Source of the DNA: Candidatus Kuenenia stuttgartensis
Lineage (GTDB): Bacteria; Planctomycetota; Brocadiia; Brocadiales; Brocadiaceae
Length of the DNA: 32,000 bases
Direction of reading: 5' to 3'
Assembly: GCF_900232105.1 (NCBI RefSeq)
Contig: NZ_LT934425.1
Span: 1,290,001 to 1,322,000 of the forward strand
Part shown: in pieces, positions 8,573 to 20,884 of the stretch
Numbering within the stretch: position 1 is the first letter of the stretch
Layout: every line of letters starts with the position of its first letter
The notes under the pieces: model-generated
Databases searched by the model: none
The model's input: the letters and a program-made list of their open reading frames with translations, nothing else
What the model was told of the DNA's origin: nothing
Translations under genes and position numbers: made by a program

Positions 8573-9118
8573 TCACCACCAATCTTCCTCCATTGATTCC
8601 ACAATACTTTGCGCCAATTTTACAAATGATTCGTTACTGGAAGAAGTGAGTGTTTCATTTCTTAAAACAATAAACTCTGTCGTGCCTTTTATATTCTTCC
8701 GTTCAACGATTGCCCTTCCCGTCCGTGTATCAACCCATCGAATGTCCGCCCTGATAGTTACCCTACTTTCCACAATATTGTCTTTTCTGTCCTCAATTAA
8801 TACATTTTCATTTACACTTGAAATTTTTCCAAACAGAATGGAATCTGCTTCATCTTTGTCAACAATACGCAAATTTGTTCTTAACAACAGTTGGTCGCGT
8901 ACTGCCCTGGTTAAATCGAATTCGTATCCTCTGCGAAAGGTATCATTATCAAAAATGGGGACATAGATGCTTCGAACATTTGAACGAAGCAATGACTTTG
9001 AGCTGTAACCGCATCCCGTTATAAAAAAGAAGATCATAAGAAACACCAGAGCAGAAAGGGTGTAATGCCTTCTTTTAAAAACACAGGGTATTGTCATTTT
9101 ATAAAAACACTTTGGCAT
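8573..9118 (-). CDS. Putative LptE-like outer-membrane lipoprotein
   Basis: Signal peptide with lipobox FITGC. Size and pattern (SIYVPIFDNDT...) resemble LPS-assembly lipoprotein LptE. Adjacent to a BamD-like gene. The start could be M8 at 9097. Confidence 0.5.
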   Translation of the reverse strand: MPKCFYKMTIPCVFKRRHYTLSALVFLMIFFFITGCGYSSKSLLRSNVRSIYVPIFDNDTFRRGYEFDLTRAVRDQLLLRTNLRIVDKDEADSILFGKISSVNENVLIEDRKDNIVESRVTIRADIRWVDTRTGRAIVERKNIKGTTEFIVLRNETLTSSSNESFVKLAQSIVESMEEDWW

Positions 9119-9143
9119 AATGTTTTATCTTTTTCTCATAGGG

Positions 9144-10070
9144 TTATTTTATCGCCTCAATCATCCTGAGAAATTCCAATCTTTCCATAGCCCTTTCCGC
9201 CCAAATAGTATCAGGAAAATCTTTCATAACATATTTAAAATAAATCGCCGCGGAAGACGGGGTTTTTCTCCTCAAATAAAACTCGCCAATTTCAAACTCA
9301 CGCCTTGCTTCAATAACCCTTATTTCTTCTATCATTCTGCTGGCGTCTTCAACATACACCCCATGGGGATTTGTTACGAGATATTCCTCAAAACCTTCCC
9401 TTGCGGATACAAGCAAACCATAGTTGCGCTCCTGCTGTTTTTCGAAGTAAAATTTTGAAAGTGGTATTTGATACTGCACATAGGGAATCCATTCATTTCT
9501 TGGATAGCTTTCCATAAATTTCTTATAGGCATCCACCGCATCTTCATAATATCCCAGCTTGAAATAGCAATCTGCTATTTTAATTTGCGATTCAGGGGCA
9601 ATAGGTCCCATCGGGTGATTTTCAATAATCTTTTCAAATACCCTTATCGCGGCATTCTCATCCATCTCCATTTGCGCAATACCTACCTGAAACACCTTCT
9701 CATGCACCTCTTTTGTCCTCTTTGTTCCCGGATATTCCCTCAAAACCGTATCATATGCCTTTAATGCCCGGTTATAATCTCCATTGAGATAATAGGCCCA
9801 TCCTATGTTTATCTGAGAAAGCTCCGCATACGCTGAGTCCGGATAACCGTCAATAATTAGTTTAAACTCTTTTATGGCGCTAACATATTTTTGTTCCACC
9901 AGCATGAACAGTGCATTTTTATAGCGCTGTTCCGGCGATCCGACGTCGCCAGTCGGCGGCTGCATCCACCCGGTATCTTTGTTCCAGACCCATTTTCCGT
10001 AAGACGCCGTTGATATTAAAAATGTAACAGCAAGCACTATTATTGGGAAAAAACCTGAGCGCAATTTCAT
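9144..10070 (-). CDS. BamD/YfiO-like TPR protein (outer-membrane assembly factor-like)
   Basis: Signal peptide followed by repeated TPR-like units of the BamD type (..YPDSAYAELSQINIGWAYY.., ..YPRNEWIPYVQY..). ATGA overlap with the recO stop. Confidence 0.6.
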   Translation of the reverse strand: MKLRSGFFPIIVLAVTFLISTASYGKWVWNKDTGWMQPPTGDVGSPEQRYKNALFMLVEQKYVSAIKEFKLIIDGYPDSAYAELSQINIGWAYYLNGDYNRALKAYDTVLREYPGTKRTKEVHEKVFQVGIAQMEMDENAAIRVFEKIIENHPMGPIAPESQIKIADCYFKLGYYEDAVDAYKKFMESYPRNEWIPYVQYQIPLSKFYFEKQQERNYGLLVSAREGFEEYLVTNPHGVYVEDASRMIEEIRVIEARREFEIGEFYLRRKTPSSAAIYFKYVMKDFPDTIWAERAMERLEFLRMIEAIK

Positions 10071-10840
10071 ATTTTTATGCCTTCTTGCGGGGAAAAGTTA
10101 ACATATTTCCACGAGTTTAACTCTTTTTTCAACAACGAAACAATATAATATCTCAGCACCTTTTCTATTTCAACACAAATAGATAATTGTACCCGGACAC
10201 GTTCCAACCGATGCAAATTAAGGTTCGCCAACCTACCTGCAATAAACATAGCGCCTGCAGAAATCAGCATTCCGTTTTTCAATTCTCCAGGGCACCCCAC
10301 ACATCTCGCGCCGCCTTCCACTGCATTAAAAGTAACCATCTCATGGTGGGGTATTTTCTTTTTACAATGAATGCAATGCTCCCATTCCGGTAAATATCCC
10401 AAAATGTTTAGCATTTTTAACTCAAAGGCCAATAACCATATTGTGGTGTTTGTGTCAGTGGCAATGTGATTTAGCGTATTAAGAAATAAATCAAAAAGCG
10501 GCTCGTTGGGGTCGTTTTTTTCTGTAAATTCGTTGACAAGTTCTGCCATACAGGAAGCCCTGAAATACTTATCAAGGTCATGCCGGAATGCGGGATAGTT
10601 GTTTTGCAATACCGCATCGGTGAGGGTATGGAGGGTAGAATGTTCCTTTTTAATAAAGAGAATCCGGTAGTGCGTTAAAAGATCGATTGCTTTTGAGTTG
10701 TACTTGCCTGAAGAGCGCTTGAAGCCTTTTGCAATGGTATTTATCTTCCCGTAATCCCTGGTATAGAAAATGATGATTTGGCTTGAATCGCTATAATCTG
10801 TCCTTCCCAAGGTAATTGCATCTGTTTTTAAGATGGACAT
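10067..10840 (-). CDS. recO: DNA repair protein RecO
   Basis: N-terminal OB-fold pattern (KTDAITLGRTDYSDSSQII.F.TRDYGK) and a CxxC...CxxC zinc motif (CIHC...CVGC). Confidence 0.85.
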   Translation of the reverse strand: MSILKTDAITLGRTDYSDSSQIIIFYTRDYGKINTIAKGFKRSSGKYNSKAIDLLTHYRILFIKKEHSTLHTLTDAVLQNNYPAFRHDLDKYFRASCMAELVNEFTEKNDPNEPLFDLFLNTLNHIATDTNTTIWLLAFELKMLNILGYLPEWEHCIHCKKKIPHHEMVTFNAVEGGARCVGCPGELKNGMLISAGAMFIAGRLANLNLHRLERVRVQLSICVEIEKVLRYYIVSLLKKELNSWKYVNFSPQEGIKI

Positions 10841-10855
10841 ATTATGGTATGTTAA

Positions 10856-11290
10856 TTAATCCGGGACAGAAATATTGTACCCAAGCTTTGACAATAATTC
10901 CTTTTCCCTCCGATGCATGACTTTTGCATCACCTTTTTTTTTATCATTATAACCAATTAAATGCAGCAAGCCATGTATGAGATACAGGGCTATTTCTCCT
11001 TCCGCATCATGGCAATGTTCCTTTGCAACTTTATATGCCATCTCTGCGGATACAATGATTTCTCCAGCGACATGATTTTCCGATGCATCATAAATAAAAC
11101 TCAAAACATCCGTTGCATAATCATGCCCCAGAAAAGCTTTGTTTAATCTCCTTATTTCCTTGTTATCAGTGACGACAATGCTAAGGCTGGCGTCTTTGTT
11201 TTCACTTTTTAACACCCTTTTTATCAATTTTACTATGCGTTTTTCATCGATAGCATAGGATTTCTGCCGGTTTACAACTTCCAGCTTCAT
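10856..11290 (-). CDS. ybeY: rRNA maturation endoribonuclease YbeY
   Basis: 144 aa with the H-x3-H-x5-H metal motif (HGLLHLIGYND). Confidence 0.9.
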   Translation of the reverse strand: MKLEVVNRQKSYAIDEKRIVKLIKRVLKSENKDASLSIVVTDNKEIRRLNKAFLGHDYATDVLSFIYDASENHVAGEIIVSAEMAYKVAKEHCHDAEGEIALYLIHGLLHLIGYNDKKKGDAKVMHRREKELLSKLGYNISVPD

Positions 11291-11357
11291 GAGAACCTTT
11301 TTCTTCTATCATAGCGCAGCATAGCCGCAACCAAAAAGATTTTTTACCTTATAAATA

Positions 11358-12350
11358 CTATAATTCATATGCCGCAACAATATCCCGAACCAGCTTATGG
11401 CGGACAATATCGGATTTGGCAAGATATACGAATGCTATATTGTCTACATTCATAAATCTTTCCTGGGCATCAATCAAACCCGATAACTCCCCGCCCGGCA
11501 AATCAACTTGTGTGATATCCCCGGTAACGACAACCTTTGATTTCGTACCAAGCCTTGTTAAAAATGTCTTCATCTGCTTTACCGTACAATTTTGCGCCTC
11601 ATCCAGAATAATAAAGGCGCTGTTTAAGGTTCTCCCGCGCATATATGCAAGCGGCAGGATCTCTATCAGATCGCTGTCCAGATATTTTTTCACCTGCCCG
11701 ACGTCCATCATATCCGCTAAAGCGTCATACAGCGGCCGCAAATAAGGACTTACCTTGTCTTTGATATCTCCCGGCAGATATCCAAGTTTTTCTCCTGCCT
11801 CTACCGCAGGCCTTGCAAGCACAATCCTTTTTACGTCTCCGCTTTTGAGAAAAGAAAGCGCCATCGCCACCGCCAGGTAGGTCTTTCCTGTTCCGGCAGG
11901 TCCAATGCAAAAAACAAGATCATTGTTTCTGATGGCCGCAATATAATTTGCCTGCCCCTCTGTCTTGGGCCTTGTGAACATCTCTTTTTGGAAAAGATTG
12001 ATTGCTTGTGCGGGTGCCCCTTCATCATAATTTTGTACATCCATAATGGTCTGCTCCACGTCCTTCACTCCCAGATTCCCCGTGAATCTAATTATTTCAA
12101 GCAATTTAATTAAGGACGTTCTAGCTGCTTCGACACCCTCTTTTTCGCCCGCCATCTTCAATACCCCGTTACGTGCTACTAATTTTACCCGAAAAGCATC
12201 CCTTATCAGGCGCAAATTTTTATCATGGTTTCCATATAAAAGGGACGCTTCATCATCATTTTCAAGGATTATTGCATCTTTAGCGGGTAAAAATTCCTGT
12301 ATATTTTCCTTTATTGCAACGTATTTTTGTGTTTCAACTCCTTGATTCAT
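11358..12350 (-). CDS. ybeZ: PhoH-family ATPase (YbeZ-like)
   Basis: Walker A GPAGTGKTYLAVA, ILDEAQN and VVTGDITQVDLP blocks. Classic phoH-ybeY adjacency. Confidence 0.9.
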   Translation of the reverse strand: MNQGVETQKYVAIKENIQEFLPAKDAIILENDDEASLLYGNHDKNLRLIRDAFRVKLVARNGVLKMAGEKEGVEAARTSLIKLLEIIRFTGNLGVKDVEQTIMDVQNYDEGAPAQAINLFQKEMFTRPKTEGQANYIAAIRNNDLVFCIGPAGTGKTYLAVAMALSFLKSGDVKRIVLARPAVEAGEKLGYLPGDIKDKVSPYLRPLYDALADMMDVGQVKKYLDSDLIEILPLAYMRGRTLNSAFIILDEAQNCTVKQMKTFLTRLGTKSKVVVTGDITQVDLPGGELSGLIDAQERFMNVDNIAFVYLAKSDIVRHKLVRDIVAAYEL

Positions 12351-12352
12351 GC

Positions 12353-13194
12353 TTAGATTAACTTAAAAAAAAGTAAAAAATAATATGTCACCGGCAGACT
12401 TACCAGCAAACAATCAATAATATCCAATACGCCGCCAAAGGAGGGCACCAGATTCCCCGAGTCCTTAACATTCGCATCTCTTTTTATCAATGACTCTGCC
12501 AGGTCGCCTAAAATAGCGAAAGAACCCACAACAGCTCCAAATAAAACCGACCATGGCAGGCTGATTACCCTGGTTTGCGGAATACTATTAAATATCACTG
12601 CTACTAAAATGCTACTTATAACAGAGAAGCAAGCCCCTTCAACCGTTTTATTGGGGCTTATACTCCTTGCAAGCTTATGCTTTCCATACTTCCTGCCCAA
12701 CAAATACCCGCCAATGTCTCCAAATTTTGAAACCAACAGGGCCATTATCACCACACATGTTCCATTGGGAAAATGGCGTAAAGCAATCGCAAAACCAAGC
12801 AGAAAAGGAACATAAAAAATGCCAAAGACCGTTACGGAAATATTTTTAATCGCATCTTTTGCGCCGCGTGTGACCGCCTGTAGGAGCAATAGCAAAAAAA
12901 TGAGTACGAGAACAATGTCTTTTCTGAAAAATTGGGACTCTGCGCCGGCGTCCCCATGTATGGATACCCAATAGCTTACAAACAGCCATATCCCGATGCC
13001 GATGCCGGCTACGCGAAATGGACGAAATCCGCATTTACCCGCAATAGTGTAAAACTCATACAATCCCATCCCTGCCGCAACCATTGCAATACAGCCGAAC
13101 CCAATGTCTGTGGAAAACATGACGTCAAGGCTCATTACTCCAAAAAACACCGCAAATAAAATTACACCAAGCGTTACCCTTGTTTTAAGCGTGC

Positions 13195-13198
<4 letters not shown>
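12353..13198 (-). CDS. cdsA: Phosphatidate cytidylyltransferase (CdsA)
   Basis: Polytopic membrane protein with the C-terminal CdsA signature region (SxxKRxxxxKDSGxxxPxxGGxLD). GTGA overlap with the uppS stop. Confidence 0.88.
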
Positions 13199-15227
<2,029 letters not shown>

Positions 15228-15340
15228 TCAGAATCCCTTAAATATCAAGCATTTAAAGGATTATAGAAAATGAAATAGTTAATGTCAAGCTAATACACTT
15301 CCGAACAGGGCAAGTCGGGTATAAACGTTAGTAGATTTTA

Positions 15341-15360
15341 TCAAAAAACTAAAGTGTTAC
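15341..15360. repeat. PAL element copy 2 (solo terminus)
   Basis: TCAAAAAACTAAAGTGTTAC matches the right terminus of copies 1, 4 and 5. Confidence 0.55.
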
Positions 15361-15485
15361 GAATTTCCACATATCTGGAGTGCTGGGTTTTGACCGTCCC
15401 TGACATAAATTAGCGTATAGCAAAATTAAATTGTTTGAATCACTTGCAATTACTGATAAAATCTTATGAGATAGAAAGATAATTA

Positions 15486-15612
15486 GTAACTATTCAGCGT
15501 AATTTATTAAACTACCGGAGATCAGAGCGCAACTCGTTACCAAACCTTGTACTGAACATAGTGAAGTATATGTTTGGGAACGAGCCGTGTATCGTTTACG
15601 ATGAATAGTTAC
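15486..15612. repeat. PAL element copy 3 (complete but divergent long palindrome)
   Basis: 17-bp terminal inverted repeat GTAACTATTCAGCGTAA / TTACGATGAATAGTTAC (1 mismatch). Central hairpin CTCGTTACCAAAC-N26-GTTTGGGAACGAG has arms that match the core of copy 4 (CTCGTTACCAAGC / GCTTGGGAATGAG). Confidence 0.65.
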
Positions 15613-15694
15613 GATAATTAAGGCCCTGAAAAAAGAAGGCGAGTGTTTTGGTTTCTGTTTTATTTGCGGAAAAAAATTTACAAAAGAGAAATAC

Positions 15695-16696
15695 ATGTTA
15701 AGAAAATACATTTATTATGCCTTGTTATTTCCGGTAATGCTTTCCTGTTCATACCTGTTTTGCGGAGAAGATGTCCTGAACAAAAACAATCTTGGGTTTA
15801 TTCGGGCGGTCGTTGATGAGGCGATAATAACCCAGGATGAAGTCATTAAACGTTCGGCAGCAGCCATAAGGGAGGCAAGGAGTAAATATAGCGAGGAGGA
15901 ATTCGCAAAAAATATTGAGAAAATTCTGGAATATACCCTTGAAGAATTAATAGACAGGAAACTGTTGGTGAAAGAAGCGCAGAAGGTATTTGGTACGGAT
16001 ATATCAATGATGGATGAGGTTCAGAAAGAACTGGATTATTTTTTGAAAGGCGCCGTCGAAAATGTTGGTTCCTTATCAAAGTTCTATGAAATAGCAGAGT
16101 CTCAGGGAATAAATCCTATAGAAAGGAAAACTGAGCTTAAAGAAGATATTATGATTGATAAAATAATCAAAGAAAACGTTAATAATAAGGTAAAAGTCCC
16201 GCCAAAGCTATTAAGACGCTATTATATGGAAAACATGGATGAATTCTGCCAGAAAAAAGAAATAAAACTGCGGCACATAATGATCAAATTTTCCACACAC
16301 GACAATGACAAAGCAAAGACATATGCCTTTGCTGAAAAAATCATGACGCTTCTTTCCACAGGGGAAGATTTTTCATCAGTAGCACGGTCATATTCAGAAG
16401 GCCCCAACGCTGAAAAAGGAGGCGAATGGAGTTTTGACGAGATACAAGGGTTGAGGAAAGAACTCCGGGATGTTGTTAATAGTCTGAAGGATAATGAGTA
16501 CAGCAAGATAACAGAGTCTCCTGTCGGATATCATATTTTCAAAGTGGAACTCATCAGACCGGAAGTAGTAAAAAAATTTGAAGACGTGCAGGATGAAATA
16601 TATAAGAAGTTGTACCGTGAAGAGATTGGAAGATTAAAGAAAAAATATATTCTCGACTTAAGGGAAGATGCATTTATTAAGGTTATTAAACACTGA
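15695..16696 (+). CDS. SurA/PrsA-like periplasmic chaperone with a parvulin-type peptidyl-prolyl isomerase domain
   Basis: Signal peptide, SurA_N-like helical region, then a PpiC rotamase block (LRHIMIKF...GGEWSF...VGYHIFKV). Confidence 0.8.
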   Translation: MLRKYIYYALLFPVMLSCSYLFCGEDVLNKNNLGFIRAVVDEAIITQDEVIKRSAAAIREARSKYSEEEFAKNIEKILEYTLEELIDRKLLVKEAQKVFGTDISMMDEVQKELDYFLKGAVENVGSLSKFYEIAESQGINPIERKTELKEDIMIDKIIKENVNNKVKVPPKLLRRYYMENMDEFCQKKEIKLRHIMIKFSTHDNDKAKTYAFAEKIMTLLSTGEDFSSVARSYSEGPNAEKGGEWSFDEIQGLRKELRDVVNSLKDNEYSKITESPVGYHIFKVELIRPEVVKKFEDVQDEIYKKLYREEIGRLKKKYILDLREDAFIKVIKH

Positions 16697-16765
16697 GAGG
16701 AACATTTTATACGTGTTTTCTATCGTTTTGACGGTTCTACGTGCATATAACGGGAGACTAAAAAG

Positions 16766-17968
16766 GTGCTGAGGCGTGAGCTGGCGCTACAATTATTTGA
16801 AGCCTTTTCCATGCAGAGATGGAACGATATGATACGTCCTGTAGAGTTAACGGAGATGGATAAACATGCGCATAAAATGATCATCGCTTATTGTCTTGGT
16901 AAGTATGAAGAAGAAAAAGGGCGGCAGGTTAACTGGGATACCATAATAACGGGGGGGATATTTGAACTATTACGGCGCATTGTTATCTCCGATATAAAAT
17001 CTCCGATATACAGGAAAATCAAAAAACTACACCCGGACGTCTTCCGGCAGCTCAACAAATGGGTTTATGAACAACTCAAACCAATGTTTGAAGGACTGCC
17101 AAAAGAAATGAATGCCGAACTAAAGCACTATTTGTTTGATACAAACAAGGGCGATGATTTAACAAAAAAAATATTGGAGGCGTCTCATATTTATTCGAGT
17201 TTCTGGGAATTTCAGATAATTCAGAAGGTACATCCTTCCGGTTATAAAATAGAAGAAATTGAAAGGGTTTTAAAAAACGATCTGGAACCCTTCCTGGATC
17301 TTGCCGGGATGCGAAAGATTATTTGCAAAGGGAAAATATTAAACTTTGTTGATCTCTGCGGACAGTTACGGTTTCAAATACGATGGAGCCAAACGCCCCG
17401 GTTGCCAAAAACATCCGTACTGGGACACATGCTTTTGGTGGCAATATTTTGTTATCTTTTTGCAAGAGAGGTAAATGCCTGTTCTAAAAGATTATATAAT
17501 AATTTTTTCAGCGCGTTGTTTCATGATCTGCCTGAAGCAATGACAAGGGACATATTATCCCCGATTAAAAGGTCTGTGGAAGGTATGCCGGAGGCCATCA
17601 GTAAAATCGAAGAAGAGTTGGCAGAAAAAGAGATCTCTCCATTGTTAGAAGAGGGATGGTTTGAGGAGATAAAATATTTCACCCGGAATGAGTATGAAAG
17701 CAAGATTAAAATAAAGGGAAGAGTGAAGCATGTTACCACCGAAAAGATAAATGAGAAATACAATAGCGATGGTTATGCCCCGATAGATGGAGAATTTATC
17801 AAGATTGCCGATGACCTGTCGGCGTATTTAGAGGCGTATACGGCAAATGATCTTGGGCTGAATTCAAAACATTTGCAGGACGGACGACGAAAAATTGAAG
17901 AAAAATATAAAGACAGCACTATTGCAGGGATATCTATAGAGGCTTTATTTGCAGCCTTTGCGATGTAG
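16766..17968 (+). CDS. HD-superfamily hydrolase with tandem YfbR-like domains (N-terminal copy degenerate)
   Basis: The second half carries H...HD...D (SVLGHMLLVA...FHDLPEAMTRDILSPIK). The first half repeats the scaffold (RWNDMIRPVELTEMDKHAHKM...SDIKSPIYRK) but lacks the HD dyad. GTG start has GGAGA 9 nt upstream. Confidence 0.65.
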   Translation: MLRRELALQLFEAFSMQRWNDMIRPVELTEMDKHAHKMIIAYCLGKYEEEKGRQVNWDTIITGGIFELLRRIVISDIKSPIYRKIKKLHPDVFRQLNKWVYEQLKPMFEGLPKEMNAELKHYLFDTNKGDDLTKKILEASHIYSSFWEFQIIQKVHPSGYKIEEIERVLKNDLEPFLDLAGMRKIICKGKILNFVDLCGQLRFQIRWSQTPRLPKTSVLGHMLLVAIFCYLFAREVNACSKRLYNNFFSALFHDLPEAMTRDILSPIKRSVEGMPEAISKIEEELAEKEISPLLEEGWFEEIKYFTRNEYESKIKIKGRVKHVTTEKINEKYNSDGYAPIDGEFIKIADDLSAYLEAYTANDLGLNSKHLQDGRRKIEEKYKDSTIAGISIEALFAAFAM

Positions 17969-18107
17969 TACCTTGAAAGTTATTTATTTGCACACTTCTA
18001 TTCGTCAGTGCGTGCTTTTTGACAAAATATTTAATGGTGTTATTCTTTTTTCCACCGGTTAAACAGGTATGGATGGTTTGAAACATTTTTCAGGGTAGGA
18101 AATAGCA

Positions 18108-18467
18108 ATGGATGGTAAAAGACATTTCAGCCGCATTAATTTTGTGGCGCATACGCAATTAAAATATCAGGACAAAACATACAGAGGAGAGCTGCTTGAC
18201 ATCTCTCTGAAGGGCGCATTGCTGCAATTTAAAGAAAATATTCCCCTCATAAAAGGTGAGAAATGTGAAATAATAATCCACCTTCCTTCGTCGAATGTTA
18301 ATTTAAATTTTGAAGCAAAACCTGTCCATATTCATTCAGGCCACTTTGGTTTTAAATTTGTAAGCGAAGATATTGACACCATAACACATTTGAGAAAAAT
18401 GATTGAACTCAATATCGGAGACCACGAACAAGTCACAAATGAGTTGGCATACTGGTTGAAAGAATAA
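18108..18467 (+). CDS. PilZ domain protein (putative c-di-GMP receptor)
   Basis: RxxxR (RHFSR) and DxSxxG (DISLKG) motifs at PilZ-typical spacing; 119 aa. Confidence 0.8.
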   Translation: MDGKRHFSRINFVAHTQLKYQDKTYRGELLDISLKGALLQFKENIPLIKGEKCEIIIHLPSSNVNLNFEAKPVHIHSGHFGFKFVSEDIDTITHLRKMIELNIGDHEQVTNELAYWLKE

Positions 18468-18548
18468 ACGCCGGTAACAGGTTCGTTTTTTGAAAAATTG
18501 TGATAATGTATTTATTCTGAATAACATCTTGAGTGAGAGGAGAATGAT

Positions 18549-19121
18549 TTGAAAACAATACTTATTTGTGCTGCCATTGCAATAACCTGCTTCATACAAA
18601 ATGCCCGGGCAAATACGGTTTATCCGAAAGTTTTGCTCGAAACCAATCAGGGAGAAATAGTTCTAGAGCTTTATCCCGAAAAAGCCCCGGAGACGGTAGA
18701 AAATTTTCTCAAATATGTCCGGGATGGTTTTTACAACGGCACAATCTTTCATCGTGTAATAAAGGGATTTATGATACAGGGCGGGGGTATGACCGAAGGT
18801 ATGAGTAAGAAAACCACACTGGATCCCGTTAAAAATGAGGCGTATAACGGACTCAAAAATTTGAGGGGTACCGTAGCAATGGCCCGTACGATGGACCCGC
18901 ACTCTGCCACTGCACAGTTTTTCATTAATACGGTGGATAATGGTTTTCTTGATTTTAAGGGCCAAACTGCAACAGGGTGGGGATATTGTGTCTTTGGAAA
19001 AGTGATAAAAGGCATGGAAGTGGTTGATGCTATTGAACAAATGCCTACCACAAAAAAAGAGGGACATAGCGATGTTCCCCGCTCTACAGTAGTTCTGAAA
19101 AAAGCCATTGAGATAAAATAA
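18549..19121 (+). CDS. ppiA: Cyclophilin-type peptidyl-prolyl cis-trans isomerase, secreted
   Basis: Signal peptide plus [14 protein letters not shown]...GTVAMAR...SATAQFFIN motifs. TTG start is 6 nt after GAGGAG. Confidence 0.9.
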   Translation: MKTILICAAIAITCFIQNARANTVYPKVLLETNQGEIVLELYPEKAPETVENFLKYVRDGFYNGTIFHRVIKGFMIQGGGMTEGMSKKTTLDPVKNEAYNGLKNLRGTVAMARTMDPHSATAQFFINTVDNGFLDFKGQTATGWGYCVFGKVIKGMEVVDAIEQMPTTKKEGHSDVPRSTVVLKKAIEIK

Positions 19122-19237
19122 ACATAACAGTTAAGCGTTACAGCAGAGAACGCCGAGACTTCGTCGTGAGATCAGTCGAACGATCGCAGAGGTGTTTTGC
19201 TATTTTGCCCTGAACACGATATAAAAAGCCTACGATA

Positions 19238-19495
19238 ATGTCTGAAAAAATGCATGGATACTTCTTTTGTCCAAATTGCGGGTCGCAGACGCCGCGAAAG
19301 GCGCTTGCTTGCCAGGAATGCGGGTCAGATGAAAATACCGGATGGTCAGAGGATACGATGTATGACGGGCTTGACCTTCCCGAAACGGAACCATCCGTTC
19401 TGCGCCCTTCAAGGTCTTTATTCAAAAAGAGATATTTTCTTAGCATCGTGGCCATTATTGTTATCCTGGCCTTTTTGTGGATTTATCTGATCTGA
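19238..19495 (+). CDS. Small zinc-ribbon protein with a C-terminal TM anchor
   Basis: CPNC-x13-CQEC zinc-ribbon pattern, an acidic linker and a hydrophobic C-terminal helix. More protein-like than the overlapping antisense ORF 19138..19455. Weak RBS. Confidence 0.5.
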   Translation: MSEKMHGYFFCPNCGSQTPRKALACQECGSDENTGWSEDTMYDGLDLPETEPSVLRPSRSLFKKRYFLSIVAIIVILAFLWIYLI

Positions 19496-19561
19496 TTTCC
19501 ATAAAATCTTTCATCGTAATCGTTAGAAAATATTTTTGACGGCACTATGTAGGCAAAAATT

Positions 19562-20884
19562 TCAGGGTTGCTTTTTGTACGGACAGGGGTTCTTCCGGAA
19601 AAACCTGCCCCTGAAATAAAACGGCAGTGATACCGCTATTGCCAAAGCCGTTGCGCCGATTATTTTCAGCTCCACATGGCAAAGCAGCCATCCACAAATA
19701 ATCAGCGCCAGGACGGGAATACCGTATCCGCCCGGAATCTTATATCCCCGTTTCCGGTCGGGTCTTTTTCGTCTCAGTGCAATAACTGCCAGGCAGGTGG
19801 GAACGTATTGTAATATGCTTACCAACACACTCGCGGCTATTAAGTAGCGAAAACTCCCTGTCAGCCCAAGTAATAACGTCAGCACCGTGTTTACCGCTAT
19901 TGCCAAATAGGGCGTGTGGTACTTTGGGTGTATTTTGGCAAAGACGGGCGGAAAGAATCCGTCTGCGGACAGTACATAAAGGCTTCGCGGGCTGGTGAGC
20001 GCAATGCCCGCATTCACTCCACCAATAGAGAGCAATGCCCCAATACCAATAATGATCCCCCCTGCAGGTCCCAGAAAATAAAAGGCTGCGTCTGCCAGTG
20101 GCTTGTCTGACCCTGCCAAATCAGGATATGTCCCCATTGCAACATATTGTATGAGAGCATACAGGGCAGTCACCATCATGAATACCACCATAATTACACG
20201 CGGGATATGTTTTTGAGGATTCTTCATTTCTCCCGCCGGCACAACCAGAAACTCAAATCCCGTGTACGCATAGAGCGCCAGCGTAGTTGCCATACTAAAA
20301 CTTCCGCTGCTGTGCAATTGTCCAAAATTTTCTCTTTTTACAAAAAACATTCCGGCCACAATAAAAATGAAGAGCGCCGTGAATTTTCCTATAGAAAAAA
20401 AATTTATACTTCTTGCGCCAGGCTTTACCCCGCAGTAATTTGTTATGCTTAATCCGATCACAAGCGCCGTTATAATAACCTTACTCAGCCATTGCTGATC
20501 TTTTGGCAGAAAATAGTTGCAATAGAGTCCGAAACCACTGGCAACCGACGCCCAGCCAATGATAGAGGCAAGCCACATTATCCAGCCCACCAAAAACCCC
20601 GCAAATGGTCCAAAGACGTCTTTGGTATAAAGATACGCCCCGCCTGTTTTATCATACATACTTCCTATTTCCGCAAAGCACAGTGCAACGGCGAAGCAAA
20701 GCAGACCGCATAGGGGAAAGACCAATAAAGCACCAATACCGACCAAACTATCAAGTTGCCCCGCCAGCAAAAAAATGCCGGCGCCAACAACACAATTAAA
20801 CCCCATGCAAACAACATCAAAGAAGTTTAACTCCCTTGCAAGGCCGCGATGTTCTTTCATAACTGATTTTTCCCGCATGTCCAT
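19562..20884 (-). CDS. APC-superfamily amino acid/polyamine permease
   Basis: 440 aa, about 12 TM segments, with an N-terminal LNFFDVVCMGFNCVVGAGIF motif typical of APC transporters. Confidence 0.85.
   Translation of the reverse strand: MDMREKSVMKEHRGLARELNFFDVVCMGFNCVVGAGIFLLAGQLDSLVGIGALLVFPLCGLLCFAVALCFAEIGSMYDKTGGAYLYTKDVFGPFAGFLVGWIMWLASIIGWASVASGFGLYCNYFLPKDQQWLSKVIITALVIGLSITNYCGVKPGARSINFFSIGKFTALFIFIVAGMFFVKRENFGQLHSSGSFSMATTLALYAYTGFEFLVVPAGEMKNPQKHIPRVIMVVFMMVTALYALIQYVAMGTYPDLAGSDKPLADAAFYFLGPAGGIIIGIGALLSIGGVNAGIALTSPRSLYVLSADGFFPPVFAKIHPKYHTPYLAIAVNTVLTLLLGLTGSFRYLIAASVLVSILQYVPTCLAVIALRRKRPDRKRGYKIPGGYGIPVLALIICGWLLCHVELKIIGATALAIAVSLPFYFRGRFFRKNPCPYKKQP

Noticed and set aside
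15490-15711. 73-aa minus-strand ORF in the purA / surA-like intergenic region
   Set aside because: It spans PAL element copy 3. The palindromic repeat explains the open frame.
19138-19455. 105-aa minus-strand ORF
   Set aside because: It overlaps the plus-strand zinc-ribbon/TM ORF, which has a coherent CxxC...CxxC plus TM architecture. The minus-strand product has no features.
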